A DNA stretch of 64,000 nucleotides from Desulfomicrobium sp. (GTDB taxonomy: Bacteria > Desulfobacterota > Desulfovibrionia > Desulfovibrionales > Desulfomicrobiaceae), in the NCBI GenBank assembly GCA_040768745.1, contig JAXGMI010000001.1, positions 1,184,001 to 1,248,000 of the forward strand. The letters are read 5' to 3'. The notes below the pieces were generated by a model. That model did no database searches. It was not told the DNA's origin and saw only the letters and a list, made by a program, of their open reading frames with translations. Below are positions 37,858-48,370 of this stretch, in pieces (position 1 is the first letter of the stretch; every line of letters starts with the position of its first letter). Made by a program: the position numbers and the translations under genes.

Positions 37858-39680
37858 GGCTTGGCATGATAGCAACCACATTTTCCCTCCGTGACCGGCT
37901 GGCCCTGTCATTCGGCCTCATCCTTCTGCTGACCATGGGGCTTCCCTTGTACTATCTGCACCGACATCTGGAGCAGACTGTGGAGCAGGAGGCCAGGGAG
38001 GGCGCGTTGAGGGATCTCCGGGCCGTGGACTGGGTGCTGCTGACCAGCAGGTCGCCCTCGCTGGAAGCGCTGGGGGAGACCCTGCGCACCCTGGCCGCGC
38101 GCATGGATCTGCGCATCACCTACATGGACGAGTCAGGCAGGGTCTTGACTGACTCAGGGATGACCAAGGATCAGGTCGGTCAGCTCGAAAGCCATCTGCA
38201 ACGGCCCGAAGTTGCAGAGGCGGTGGCCCGGGGAGCAGGCACAAGCATGCGCTACAGCGACACCCTGGGGCAGTATTTGATGTATGCGGCCCAGACCCAC
38301 TCCGGCCATGGAGAGGTGTCCATGGGCATACTGCGCATTGCGCGACCCATGAGCCAGATACGGGGCACCACAGACCGCCTCTACGGGCGAGCCGGCTGGG
38401 TAATGGCCGGCAGCATCCTGCTGGCTTTTGCCCTTGCCTCTCTGGTGTCCCGGTATGTTGTCCGGTCCATCTCATCGGTGGCCCAGGCCGCTTCGGATAT
38501 CGGCCAGGGCGACCCGGGCAGGCGCATTCGGATTTCTCCCAGCAAGGAGCTCGCCCCTCTGGTATCGGCATTCAACAACATGGCCGAGCGCATTGAGCTC
38601 AACGTGCAGACCATCACCAAGCAGAAAATGGAGTCCGAGGCCGTCCTGAACGGAATGAAGGCCGGGGTCATCGTGCTGGACGGGAGAGGGCATATCCTGC
38701 GCGGCAACTATGCGGCCCAGGAAATTTTTCCTGGTCTTCCGGCCTACGCCGGCCGGAAGCCCATGGAGGTCGCCCGCATCCAGGATTTGCAGGACGCGTG
38801 CGACGCGGCCTTGTCCCGCCGCAAGGCAGGGGATTTTTCCCAGGCCAGTCTGGAAGTGAATCTGCAGAGCGGGAAATGGTTTGAAGTTTCCATCGTCCCG
38901 ATCAAGGGTGATGCGGAACCTGGGGCCATCATGGTCTTTCACGACATAACCGAGATCAGGCGGGTGGAGCAGATCCGCCGAGACTTCGTAGCCAATGTCT
39001 CCCATGAACTGCGCACGCCGTTGACCTCGATCAAGGGATATGCCGAAACCCTGATGGCCATGGATGCATACGATGCGGAGCTAACGAGATCCTTTCTGGA
39101 AGTCATTCTGCGCAACGGCAACCACATGAACGCCATGCTCGACGACCTGCTGCAGCTTTCCCGCCTGGAGCATGCCAAACAGCGGTTGGACGTGATCGCG
39201 GTGGATCCGTCCTCGGCCATGTATTCGGCCTGGAAAAGCTGTCAGCCCCTGCGCAAGCATATCGATTTCATCAACGACGTGCCCGAGTCCGCCCCACCGG
39301 TGCGTGCCAACTTCGAGCAGTTGGTGCAGGTTTTCCGCAACGTCCTGGAGAACGCGGTCAAGTACGTGCCCGAGGCCAACGCCAGGATTCACGTACATGC
39401 CGCCGTCAACGGTTCCAGTCTGGATATCTGCATTGATGACAACGGGGCGGGCATTCCCCGGGAGGATCAGGCCCGAATTTTCGAACGTTTCTACCGGGTA
39501 GAAAAGGACCGCAACAGCGCTGTGGGCGGTACCGGTCTGGGTCTGGCCATCTGCCGCCACATCATGGTCAACCATGGCGGCCGGATCACGGCCCAGAGCC
39601 CGGTGCCGGAGACGGGCACCGGATCCAGATTCATCATCACATTGCCCCTGGCCGGGCAGAGCGCAGAGGAAAAGTCATGA
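37854..39680 (+). CDS. phoR: Phosphate sensor histidine kinase PhoR
   Basis: 2 [25 protein letters not shown]-box, [15 protein letters not shown]. Confidence 0.88.
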   Translation: MRLGMIATTFSLRDRLALSFGLILLLTMGLPLYYLHRHLEQTVEQEAREGALRDLRAVDWVLLTSRSPSLEALGETLRTLAARMDLRITYMDESGRVLTDSGMTKDQVGQLESHLQRPEVAEAVARGAGTSMRYSDTLGQYLMYAAQTHSGHGEVSMGILRIARPMSQIRGTTDRLYGRAGWVMAGSILLAFALASLVSRYVVRSISSVAQAASDIGQGDPGRRIRISPSKELAPLVSAFNNMAERIELNVQTITKQKMESEAVLNGMKAGVIVLDGRGHILRGNYAAQEIFPGLPAYAGRKPMEVARIQDLQDACDAALSRRKAGDFSQASLEVNLQSGKWFEVSIVPIKGDAEPGAIMVFHDITEIRRVEQIRRDFVANVSHELRTPLTSIKGYAETLMAMDAYDAELTRSFLEVILRNGNHMNAMLDDLLQLSRLEHAKQRLDVIAVDPSSAMYSAWKSCQPLRKHIDFINDVPESAPPVRANFEQLVQVFRNVLENAVKYVPEANARIHVHAAVNGSSLDICIDDNGAGIPREDQARIFERFYRVEKDRNSAVGGTGLGLAICRHIMVNHGGRITAQSPVPETGTGSRFIITLPLAGQSAEEKS

Positions 39681-40438
39681 CAGAGCAGGTCAAGGTTTCG
39701 TGCAGAAATCTTCATTTTTACTATTCAGATTTTCACGCCCTGCAGGACATCACATTTGACATGTACCAGCATCAGGCCACGGCCCTGATCGGTCCGTCCG
39801 GATGCGGCAAGTCGACATTCCTGCGCTGCATCAACCGGATGAACGATCTCATTGCCGGGGTCAGGGTCGAAGGGTCATTGACCATGGACGGCCAGGATCT
39901 GAACGATCCTGCCCACGATGTGGTGGTGCTGCGGCGGCGGGTGGGCATGGTCTTCCAGAAGCCCAACCCCTTTCCCAAGAGCATTTACGAAAACGTCGCC
40001 TATGGATTGCGAGTCAACGGGGTCAGCGACCGCAATTTCATCGATACCCGGGTCGAGGAGAGTCTCAAACTGGCCGCACTCTGGGATGAGGTCAAGGACC
40101 GCCTGGATCAGTCGGGTCTGAGTCTGTCAGGGGGGCAGCAGCAGAGGCTGTGCATCGCCAGGGCCATGGCCGTGGAGCCCGAGGTATTGCTCATGGACGA
40201 GCCGGCATCGGCCCTGGATCCCATTGCCACGCAGAAGATCGAGGAACTGATCCACGAACTGAAGAGCAGCTTCACCATCATCATTGTCACGCATTCCATG
40301 CAGCAGGCAGCCCGCGTTTCCGACAGGACGGCTTTTTTCTACATGGGGCGGCTCATCGAGGTCGGTCCCACGAGCAAGCTGTTCACGCGGCCGGAGAACA
40401 AACAGACCGAGGATTACATCACTGGCCGATTCGGCTGA
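39677..40438 (+). CDS. pstB: Phosphate ABC transporter ATPase
   Basis: [40 protein letters not shown]. Confidence 0.95.
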   Translation: MTEQVKVSCRNLHFYYSDFHALQDITFDMYQHQATALIGPSGCGKSTFLRCINRMNDLIAGVRVEGSLTMDGQDLNDPAHDVVVLRRRVGMVFQKPNPFPKSIYENVAYGLRVNGVSDRNFIDTRVEESLKLAALWDEVKDRLDQSGLSLSGGQQQRLCIARAMAVEPEVLLMDEPASALDPIATQKIEELIHELKSSFTIIIVTHSMQQAARVSDRTAFFYMGRLIEVGPTSKLFTRPENKQTEDYITGRFG

Positions 40439-40482
40439 TGCGGCCCTGCGGGGTTGCATGAAATTTTATAAGGATGTGAAAT

Positions 40483-41154
40483 ATGTATACGCATTTGCAT
40501 GAAGAAATCGAGGCATTGAAACTCAAGGTGCTGAAGATGGCGGCCCTGACCGAAGAAGCGGTGGGCAAGGCCGTCAGGTCCTATGTCAAGAAGGATCTGT
40601 ACCTCGCCGAAGAGGTTCAGGACGGGGATGTCCAGGTCAACCGTCTGGATGTGGAGATCGATGAACTGGCCCTCAGGCTTCTGGCCCTGGAGCAACCTGT
40701 GGCCGGGGATCTGCGTTTCATCCTGGGATGCATGCGCATCAGTGTGGATCTGGAGCGCGTCGCCGACGAGGCAGTCAATATCGCGGAGCGATCCATCATG
40801 CTGAGTTCTCGCCCCCCATTGCCTTTTCAGGATGATGTGGCGGAAATGGGAGGGAAGGCCATGGCCATGCTCCAGCATGCGATCCAGGCCTTTACCTCGG
40901 GCAATGTGGAGGCGGCCCTGCAGGTCTGCAGCCTGGACAACGAGGTCGACGTCCTGAACCACAAGAACATGCGCAAGGTCATTGAATACATGATCCATGA
41001 GACACCGGCCATCGAGCGCTCCGTGCACACCATCATCCTGATCCGCCGCCTGGAACGCATCGGGGATCTGGCCACGAATATCGCCGAATCCGTTGTCTTC
41101 ATTTCAGAGGGCGTGAACATCAAGCACAAGCGCTATTTTGACGAGCACCAATAA
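40483..41154 (+). CDS. phoU: Phosphate signalling protein PhoU
   Basis: QPVAGDLR, DLERVAD and LERIGDLATNIAE repeats. Confidence 0.93.
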   Translation: MYTHLHEEIEALKLKVLKMAALTEEAVGKAVRSYVKKDLYLAEEVQDGDVQVNRLDVEIDELALRLLALEQPVAGDLRFILGCMRISVDLERVADEAVNIAERSIMLSSRPPLPFQDDVAEMGGKAMAMLQHAIQAFTSGNVEAALQVCSLDNEVDVLNHKNMRKVIEYMIHETPAIERSVHTIILIRRLERIGDLATNIAESVVFISEGVNIKHKRYFDEHQ

Positions 41155-41193
41155 CAGGTCCGCGCATGGAAGCGCAGACAGGTCACGGCGAAA

Positions 41194-41225
41194 AATCCCC
41201 GCCAGGAAGTTTCCTGGCGGGGATT
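41194..41225 (+). terminator. Hairpin terminator after phoU
   Basis: AATCCCCGCCAGGAA-GT-TTCCTGGCGGGGATT then GTGTTT. Confidence 0.7.
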
Positions 41226-41386
41226 GTGTTTGCGGACCGGATGGGATTCGCCGGCGGAAGCCGAACCAGACTGGCTTGACCGGGGCATTCTGTGCCGGAC
41301 TCTGGTCGGCGAAGCGATTCCCGATGTTGCCATGCGACAGGCAACGCAGTAGGTGAAGCAAAATTTTTGATAATGGAGGAAAGCGC

Positions 41387-42682
41387 ATGTTCCGCGCCCT
41401 TTTCGCGTGCCTTCTTGTCCTGTCGGGGGTTGTCTCTGCCCATGCCTACGACTATCCGATCAAGGACCCCTATATGGCCACAATCATGGGTACACCTCCG
41501 CAGTATGAGTACCCTTTGGGGGATATCCGACCGGCAACATTCAAGGATCTGAATCCACTCAAGGATCTGGGCGCCATCCGTGGCCGGGAGATACTTTTGA
41601 AGGAGCGGCCGGTGCCGGACATTCTCTGGTACGAGGATACCCTGCAGTACTCCGTGGCCCTGCAGCGCAGAGTGGCTCCCCTGCTTTTCGTCATCGCCGG
41701 GACAGGATCCTCGCATCAGTCAGGCACCTGCCGCTACCTGCAGGACGTGTTCTATCGAGCGGGCTTCCATGTGGTCTGCCTGTCCTCCCCGACGTACCCC
41801 AATTTCGTGGTCAGCGTCTCTTCCACCCAGGTACCGGGCTATATTCCGCATGATGTGGCCGATCTGTACGCAAGCATGGACGCCATCGCCAACGAGATCG
41901 GCCGGGACAGAATCAACGGCTTTCATCTGACCGGATTCAGCCTGGGCGGGACCCAGTCCGCCTTTCTGGCGGAGCTGGACCAGCGGGAAAAGCGTTTTGG
42001 ATTCGGCAAGGTGTTGCTTCTCAATCCGGCTGTGAACCTGCTGACCTCGGTATCCATCCTGGACCACATGCTGGCGGACAACGTCACTGACCGGGCCGAG
42101 GCTGCGCGGATGGTGGCCGCCCTTGTGCAGGAATTGTCTGAAGCCTATCGCTCCAGTGACGAGGTCAATTTCGGGGATGAGTTTCTCTTTACGTTGTTTG
42201 ACAGCCGGCCATTGTCGGAAAAGGAACTGAAGATTCTGATCGGCGTGGCCTTCCGTCTTTCCCTGGCGTCCATGGTCTTTACCAGCGATGTCTGCACCGG
42301 AGCCGGATATATCGTTCCCAGGGGACATGTGGTGACACGGGAGGAGCCTCTTTCGCCCTATCTTGATGCGGCCGTAAGCGTAAGTTTTGACGATTACGTC
42401 GAGGAATACCTGATGCCGTTCCTGGCCTTTCACGACCCGACCATCACTCGCCAGAAGGCTCTGGCCGCATGCAGTCTGGAGGCCATTGCCCCGTTCCTGC
42501 GCACGAGCTCCAATGTGGCGGTCATGACCAACGCTGACGATCCGATCCTGACCCGGGACAATCTGTCCTTTCTCTCCCGAACATTCGGTCCGCGTCTGAC
42601 CCTTTATCCGGTCGGCGGGCACGGCGGCAATCTGCGCTATCGTGACAACGTAGCGGCCATGCTGGATTATTTCCGGAAGTGA
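41387..42682 (+). CDS. Exported alpha/beta-hydrolase fold protein
   Basis: Signal peptide (SAHA), GFSLG nucleophile elbow, NADD, GGHGG. Confidence 0.8.
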   Translation: MFRALFACLLVLSGVVSAHAYDYPIKDPYMATIMGTPPQYEYPLGDIRPATFKDLNPLKDLGAIRGREILLKERPVPDILWYEDTLQYSVALQRRVAPLLFVIAGTGSSHQSGTCRYLQDVFYRAGFHVVCLSSPTYPNFVVSVSSTQVPGYIPHDVADLYASMDAIANEIGRDRINGFHLTGFSLGGTQSAFLAELDQREKRFGFGKVLLLNPAVNLLTSVSILDHMLADNVTDRAEAARMVAALVQELSEAYRSSDEVNFGDEFLFTLFDSRPLSEKELKILIGVAFRLSLASMVFTSDVCTGAGYIVPRGHVVTREEPLSPYLDAAVSVSFDDYVEEYLMPFLAFHDPTITRQKALAACSLEAIAPFLRTSSNVAVMTNADDPILTRDNLSFLSRTFGPRLTLYPVGGHGGNLRYRDNVAAMLDYFRK

Positions 42683-43446
42683 GAACGACCATGCGCATAC
42701 TTTTTCTCATTGTTCTGTTTGTCAGTGTCGTTGGTTGTGCAAGTGCTCCCGAACACCGGCCCGGGCCGTTTCAGGCTCCCGTGCATCGGGGTCTGGCAGA
42801 AGATTCGGCAGTGGAGCGTCCGTTCCTGGTGGAAGACCCCTGGGAAGGATTCAACCGCCGTATGTACCATTTCAACGCCCAGCTGGACCGCTACGTCTAT
42901 CTGCCGGTAGTCAATGTGTACGAAGAGATACTACCTGACCCAGTGCAGCAGGGTGTATCCAATATTTTCAACAATCTCAAAGAGATTTCCATCTTCGTGA
43001 ACTCTGTCCTGCAGGGCAAGGCCAAGAAGGCGTCCGTGTCCCTGGGGCGGTTCATATTCAACACGACCATCGGGGTGGGGGGCCTTTTTGACGTGCTCGG
43101 CAACGGGGGCATCCCCCAGGAGCAGGAAGATTTCGGACAGACCCTGGGTTTTTGGGGAGCTCCAGCAGGCCCCTATCTCATCCTTCCGGTGTTCGGCCCC
43201 TCCAATGTCCGCGATACCGGAGGGTTGGCCGTGGATGCGGTCATGAACCTCAACCCTGCGGACATGTTCTTCGATGGCATGGGCTGGGCCGCCCGCAGCA
43301 CGGCCACCACGGGGGTGTATTCAGTCAAGGCCGTGGACGCGCGGCATCAGGTCAAGTTCCGTTACTACGAGACCGGCAGCCCCTTTGAGTATCAACTCGT
43401 CCGATTTTTCTCGAGCAAGAAGCGGGAGTTGGACATCCATAAATAG
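42679..43446 (+). CDS. mlaA: VacJ/MlaA family lipoprotein
   Basis: Lipobox VVGC, DPWEGFNR, NTTIGVGGLFD, EDFGQTLG, GPYLILPVFGPSNVRD. Confidence 0.9.
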   Translation: MRTTMRILFLIVLFVSVVGCASAPEHRPGPFQAPVHRGLAEDSAVERPFLVEDPWEGFNRRMYHFNAQLDRYVYLPVVNVYEEILPDPVQQGVSNIFNNLKEISIFVNSVLQGKAKKASVSLGRFIFNTTIGVGGLFDVLGNGGIPQEQEDFGQTLGFWGAPAGPYLILPVFGPSNVRDTGGLAVDAVMNLNPADMFFDGMGWAARSTATTGVYSVKAVDARHQVKFRYYETGSPFEYQLVRFFSSKKRELDIHK

Positions 43447-43467
43447 GCCTCGCACATCTCTCCGTCC

Positions 43468-43517
43468 TCCGGCGGGGAAGCCGCGTCGTTGCGGTTTTCC
43501 CGCCGGATTCGTTTTTT
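43468..43517 (+). terminator. Terminator after mlaA
   Basis: TCCGGCGGGGAAGCCGC...GCGGTTTTCCCGCCGGA followed by TTCGTTTTTT. Confidence 0.6.
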
Positions 43518-43564
43518 CCGGTCAAACATTGTCCTGCCACGTCGGAGCAGCAGCCCCTGATGCG

Positions 43565-43582
43565 TGCAAACCCAGGTTTGCA
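43565..43582. promoter_or_regulatory. Putative enhancer (UAS) for a sigma54 activator
   Basis: Perfect palindrome TGCAAACC-CA-GGTTTGCA about 85-100 bp upstream of the -24/-12 element; a second TGCAAA half-site 21 bp later. Confidence 0.65.
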
Positions 43583-43664
43583 ACTGCAAAGGCAAGGTAC
43601 GACCCGTTGATTGCCCTTATTACATAGTCAGCTGTGATTGTTGATGTTTTATGGAGCGGGTGAT

Positions 43665-43680
43665 TGGTACGCCTTTTGAT
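43665..43680 (+). promoter_or_regulatory. sigma54 (-24/-12) promoter of YeiH copy 2
   Basis: TGGTACG-CCTT-TTGAT against consensus TGGCACG-N4-TTGCW, spacing correct (GA instead of GC at -12). Confidence 0.7.
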
Positions 43681-43744
43681 AGAAGGATCCTGAGAAGTGC
43701 CCGTAGCGGGAAGGATTTTCAATCAGCAGGAGGAAGAAACACCC

Positions 43745-45487
43745 ATGGCCCAAGACAGCAACGTCGTCATTGACCACGGCAAGAGCCAGTGGTCGGACTT
43801 GTGGAAGAAAGAGGACTACCTGGCCATCTGGCTCGGCTTCATTATCATCGCCGTGTGCATCCTGGCCTACACCAGCTTCGGCCCCAAGGATGAATTCGCC
43901 GCAAAGATCCAGGCCGCCAATGAGATCCAGGCCGCCGAGGCGGCCAAGGCCCCCTTCAAGACCATCGCCTGGTACAAGGCTCAGGACGACAAGGGCAAGC
44001 TCCGGGGGAGTAGCACCCCCTTCGGCAAGTTCGCCGCGCACTGGACCAAGAAGCCGGGTGCCTGGACGTCCAACCCCCTCGACGCTTTGATGCAGAGTGA
44101 AGAGCAGGCCAAGGCCAAGAATGAAAAGGCCATGCCCAAGTATGAAGAGGCCAAGGGCAAGGCCGAGGCCGCGCTGACCGCCGCCGTTGCCGCCGAGGAA
44201 GCCGCCGCTGGCGCCATGTTCAAAGACACGGCCTTGAACGAAGACGCTTCCGCCAAGATCAAGGCCTGGCGTGACGCCAACAAGGCCGCCGGCGACGCCA
44301 AGAAGAAGACCGAGAACAAGGCCTTCAACCTGATCCCCAGTCTCATCGGTTTGTGCGTGTTCCTGGCCCTGGCCTTCGGCGTGGGCATCGCCATGATGGG
44401 CAAGAACATGATGGAGTTCGTACAGGGCTTCACCATGGTCTTCCTGGTCGCCGTTCTGGCCTATGTACTGGGCGGCCAGGCCATCTCCAAGCAGTACGGT
44501 TTCGGCGCCGAGGCCTGGGGCGTGGTCCTGGGCATGCTCATCGCCAACACCGTGGGCACCCCCAAATGGGTGCTGCCGTCCTGCCAGGTCGAGTTCTTCA
44601 TCAAGACCGGCCTCGTGCTCCTGGGCGCCGAGGTCCTCTTCAACAAGATCGTGGCCATCGGCATCCCCGGCATCTTCGTGGCCTGGGTCGTCACGCCCAT
44701 TGTCATCGTCGTGACCTACGCTTTTGGTCAGACCATACTGAAGATGCCTTCGCGGACCCTGAACATCGTCATCTCCGCCGACATGTCGGTCTGCGGCACC
44801 TCCGCGGCCATCGCCACGGCGGCGGCCTGCCGGGCCAAGAAGGAGGAGCTGACCCTGTCCATCGGCCTGTCCCTGGTCTTCACCGCCATCATGATGATCG
44901 CCATGCCGGCCTTCATCAAGGCCGTGGGCATGCCCGAGGTCCTTGGCGGGGCCTGGATGGGCGGCACCATCGACTCCACCGGCGCGGTGGCCGCGGCCGG
45001 CGCGTTCCTGGGACAGAAGGCCATGTACGTGGCCGCGACCATCAAGATGATCCAGAACGTCATGATCGGCGTGACGGCCTTCTGCGTCGCGCTCTACTGG
45101 GTCACCAAGGTCGAGGCCACCGAAACGGGCCACACCGTCGGGGCTGGCGAAATCTGGCATCGCTTCCCCAAGTTCGTGCTGGGCTTCATCGCCGCATCCA
45201 TCATGTTCTCGATCCTGGATCAGGGCATGGGCAAGGACCTGGGCGACGCGGTCATGGAACATGGCATCGTGCGCGGCGGGACCAGGCTCCTGCGCGACTG
45301 GTTCTTCGCCCTGTCCTTCGCCGCCATCGGCCTGTCCACCAACTTCCGCGAGCTGGCCAAGTACTTCAAGGGCGGCAAGCCGGTCATCCTGTACGTCTGC
45401 GGCCAGAGCTTCAACCTGGCCCTGACCCTGGCCATGGCCTACGTCATGTTCTACGTGGTCTTCCCGGAAATCACGGCCAAGATCTAA
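43745..45487 (+). CDS. YeiH / putative sulfate exporter family transporter, copy 2
   Basis: Collinear paralog of 23739-25493 with the same motifs and Ala/Lys-rich insert; AGGAGG RBS. Confidence 0.88.
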   Translation: MAQDSNVVIDHGKSQWSDLWKKEDYLAIWLGFIIIAVCILAYTSFGPKDEFAAKIQAANEIQAAEAAKAPFKTIAWYKAQDDKGKLRGSSTPFGKFAAHWTKKPGAWTSNPLDALMQSEEQAKAKNEKAMPKYEEAKGKAEAALTAAVAAEEAAAGAMFKDTALNEDASAKIKAWRDANKAAGDAKKKTENKAFNLIPSLIGLCVFLALAFGVGIAMMGKNMMEFVQGFTMVFLVAVLAYVLGGQAISKQYGFGAEAWGVVLGMLIANTVGTPKWVLPSCQVEFFIKTGLVLLGAEVLFNKIVAIGIPGIFVAWVVTPIVIVVTYAFGQTILKMPSRTLNIVISADMSVCGTSAAIATAAACRAKKEELTLSIGLSLVFTAIMMIAMPAFIKAVGMPEVLGGAWMGGTIDSTGAVAAAGAFLGQKAMYVAATIKMIQNVMIGVTAFCVALYWVTKVEATETGHTVGAGEIWHRFPKFVLGFIAASIMFSILDQGMGKDLGDAVMEHGIVRGGTRLLRDWFFALSFAAIGLSTNFRELAKYFKGGKPVILYVCGQSFNLALTLAMAYVMFYVVFPEITAKI

Positions 45488-45497
45488 AACCACATAT

Positions 45498-45525
45498 CGG
45501 CCGGGAGGGTTCGCCCTCCCGGCCG
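45498..45525 (+). other. Intra-operon GC hairpin with UUCG loop (likely mRNA stabiliser)
   Basis: CGGCCGGGAGGG-TTCG-CCCTCCCGGCCG with no U-tract. Confidence 0.5.
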
Positions 45526-45541
45526 CACAGGACCCCAAGCC

Positions 45542-45775
45542 ATGAACCCACAAAGCTTGCCCGTGCGACTGAGGAATTTCGTCCTGGCCCTGGGCATGGC
45601 CCTGGCCTTCGTCTATCTCTTCCTGCCCATGCTGACCAACTCCGTCGGGGTGCTGCACCGCATGTCTCTGTACCTGGCGGACAACGGCATCGACCCCACG
45701 CGGTACTACTACACCGACGTGGAGCAGGTGAAGGAAGGGGAGAACTATCTGTACGAGGTTCTCAAGCAGCGATGA
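45542..45775 (+). CDS. Small single-TM protein coupled to YeiH copy 2
   Basis: TM helix then IDPTRYYYTD...EGENYL; paralog of 25497-25793. Confidence 0.78.
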   Translation: MNPQSLPVRLRNFVLALGMALAFVYLFLPMLTNSVGVLHRMSLYLADNGIDPTRYYYTDVEQVKEGENYLYEVLKQR

Positions 45776-45939
45776 ACGCCACCGCTCCCGGCCGGCCGCC
45801 TCGTCCGGCCCTTGCCAGTCCACCCCGTCTCGTCTAATCGAATTCGTGAGGCGCCCGTCCACCGGCGGCGCGCCCTCCCGGCCCGATCATCTCCGTCCGC
45901 CGCTCCTCCGCCGAAGCGGCACTGGTCCCAGGCAGGCCC

Positions 45940-48357
45940 ATGCATATCCCGAAGCCTTTGAGAATACAGACCAAGTTCGTCTCCGGCCTGCTCGTTGCCG
46001 CCCTCATCCTGGGCATCGGTTTCTCCACCGGGTTCTACCTGCACATGAAGAACGTCCTCGAGGAGGAGGTCCAGGACAAGGCCCTGCTCATCTTCAAGAA
46101 CGTGGACTCCATCCAGCACTACGTGCGCGACGTGCTCCGGCCGGCCATGTACGAGCGCCTGCCGGCGACCTTCGTCATCGAGGCCATGTCCTCCTCCTAC
46201 ATCTCCCGGACCATCATGGCCTCCATCAACGACGACCACGAGGGCGTGGTCTACCGCCGCGTGGCCATCGAGGCGCGCAACCCGGCCTATGAGGCCAACG
46301 TCCACGAGCGGGACCTGATCGGCTATTTCCGCGCCAATCCGGAACAGACCCTCTGGCAGGGCTACAAGACCATGGACGACGAGAGGTACTACATCAAGGC
46401 CCGCGCCGTGCGCTTCGACGAGAGCTGCATGTACTGCCACGGGCAGCCCGAGGACGCGCCGCCCGAGCTGGCCTCTCTCTACGGGGGCAGAGGGTTCGGC
46501 AAGGAGCTGGGCGCCATCGCCGGCGTGGATTTCGTGGGCATCTCCGTGCACAGCAGCGTGGGCCGTGTGCAGCAGACCATCCTGACCTACTTCTCCTTTT
46601 TCGCCTTCGGGGCTCTTCTCTTTTTTTCGGCCACCAACGTCCTGTTCCGGGTGCTCGTGGTCAACAACCTGAAGCGTCTGAACAACGTCTTCCGGCGCAA
46701 CGTGGCCGACGCCGAGGGGTCGGCCATCCTGCGCAAGCTGGAACAGGGCGACGAGATCGAGGAACTGGTCGAAGGCATGGAGCAGATGGGGGATCACCTC
46801 TACGAGGCCCGGCGCCAGCTTCAGGACTACGCCGAGAACCTGCGTCGCATGGTCGACGAACGCACCGACGAGCTGTCCCACGAGGCGGCCGCCCGACAGG
46901 CCGACGTGCAGCTCTTTGTCAGCCTCCTCGACGACATGCGCCGCAGCGGTTCGCGCTCCGAGCTGTGGCGCCTGGCCCTGCCCCAGATTTGCAGGAGGTT
47001 CGAGGCCAGCCGCATCGCCTATGTCTGCACCATGGCCTCCCAGAATTATTTCGTCTGGCCCGAGTCGGACGAGAGCCCCGAGATGCCCGAGGATTTCGTT
47101 GGGGCGCTGACCAGCAGCGCCTGCGTGCTGTCCGGTTCGAGGATATTCGTGCCCGTCGAATCCAGTTCGGGCAACGCCGAGGGCATTCTCTGCCTGTACT
47201 GGGAGACCGAGGCCGAAGCCTCCCGCCACGACCAGGGCGTGCTGCAGGCCCTGGGCCGCCAGCTCGGCACGGCGGCGGAAAACCTGACAGCCATCGACAG
47301 CCTCATCCGGCAGATGAACGTGCTGGAGACTATCGTCGAGGGCATCACCGACCCCCTGGCCCTCATGGATTCGAGTTGCGCCGTGCTGACCGTGAACCAG
47401 GCCGCCCGCAACCTGACCTCGGAACTGACGGACGGGCAGCGCACGGACGGGAACATGCTGGCCATCTTCTACGACCCCGAGGTCGGGCAGTGCCCCATGC
47501 TGGAGGCCATCCGCCGCGGGACCCCGGACCAGCGTGAAGTGGAGCTGCCCGGCGGGCGCTCCTTCTCCCTGTCCATGTACCCGGCCCGCGGCCAGGGCGG
47601 CCAGACGGACTGCGTGGTGGTCTACGTGCGGGAGACCACGATGGAGAAGCGGATGCGCGCCCAGGTCTGGCATTCCGAGAAGATGGCCACCGTGGGCAAG
47701 CTCACGGCCGGTCTGGCCCACGAGATCAACAACCCCCTCGGGGTCATCCTCTGCTACGCCGGCCTCCTGCGGCAGGTCATCACGGACCCGCAGCAGGTCG
47801 CGGACCTGGATGTCATCGAGCGCCACACCCGGCAGGCGCAGCGCGTCCTGCAGGAGCTCCTCAACTTCGCCCGGCCCAAGACTGCCGGTTCGGGCACGGC
47901 CGACGCCTGCGGCGTGGCCGCCTCGGTCCGGGACGTCTTTTCCGTGCAAGCGGCCAAAAAAAGCGCGCGGCTCTGGCTTGATTGTCCGGCCGAGCCGCTC
48001 ATGGTCCGCATGGGCATCGGGGAACTCGAGCAGGTCGTCAGCAACCTCGTCATCAACGCCGTGGACGCGGTGGCCGAGGAGGGCGGCGAGATCGCGATCC
48101 GTGTCCGGTCGGCGGACAGCCGGGTGGCCATCATCGTGGAGGACAACGGTCCGGGCGTGTCTGCCGAGGATGCGCCGCACTTATTCGACCCCTTCTATTC
48201 CACCAAGGCCATCGGCGCCGGCACTGGCCTGGGCCTGACCGTGGTCTACGGCATGGTCCGCGACGCGGACGGCGAGGTCGCCGTGGAGCGCTCGCCCATG
48301 GGCGGGGCACGGTTCACGGTCCTGCTCCCGCCGGCCGCGGCCGAAGCCCTGCAGTGA
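45940..48357 (+). CDS. Sensor histidine kinase with periplasmic c-type heme (DUF3365-like) domain
   Basis: Periplasmic YRRVA..ARNP and CMYCH heme motif between two TMs, PAS-like region, AHEINNPL, GTGLGL. Confidence 0.88.
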   Translation: MHIPKPLRIQTKFVSGLLVAALILGIGFSTGFYLHMKNVLEEEVQDKALLIFKNVDSIQHYVRDVLRPAMYERLPATFVIEAMSSSYISRTIMASINDDHEGVVYRRVAIEARNPAYEANVHERDLIGYFRANPEQTLWQGYKTMDDERYYIKARAVRFDESCMYCHGQPEDAPPELASLYGGRGFGKELGAIAGVDFVGISVHSSVGRVQQTILTYFSFFAFGALLFFSATNVLFRVLVVNNLKRLNNVFRRNVADAEGSAILRKLEQGDEIEELVEGMEQMGDHLYEARRQLQDYAENLRRMVDERTDELSHEAAARQADVQLFVSLLDDMRRSGSRSELWRLALPQICRRFEASRIAYVCTMASQNYFVWPESDESPEMPEDFVGALTSSACVLSGSRIFVPVESSSGNAEGILCLYWETEAEASRHDQGVLQALGRQLGTAAENLTAIDSLIRQMNVLETIVEGITDPLALMDSSCAVLTVNQAARNLTSELTDGQRTDGNMLAIFYDPEVGQCPMLEAIRRGTPDQREVELPGGRSFSLSMYPARGQGGQTDCVVVYVRETTMEKRMRAQVWHSEKMATVGKLTAGLAHEINNPLGVILCYAGLLRQVITDPQQVADLDVIERHTRQAQRVLQELLNFARPKTAGSGTADACGVAASVRDVFSVQAAKKSARLWLDCPAEPLMVRMGIGELEQVVSNLVINAVDAVAEEGGEIAIRVRSADSRVAIIVEDNGPGVSAEDAPHLFDPFYSTKAIGAGTGLGLTVVYGMVRDADGEVAVERSPMGGARFTVLLPPAAAEALQ

Positions 48358-48370
48358 GGATGCCCGACAC

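Noticed and set aside
43649..48180. 737-aa and 811-aa minus-strand ORFs (also 56343-58493 and 2696-3961)
   Set aside because: Antisense shadows of well-supported genes
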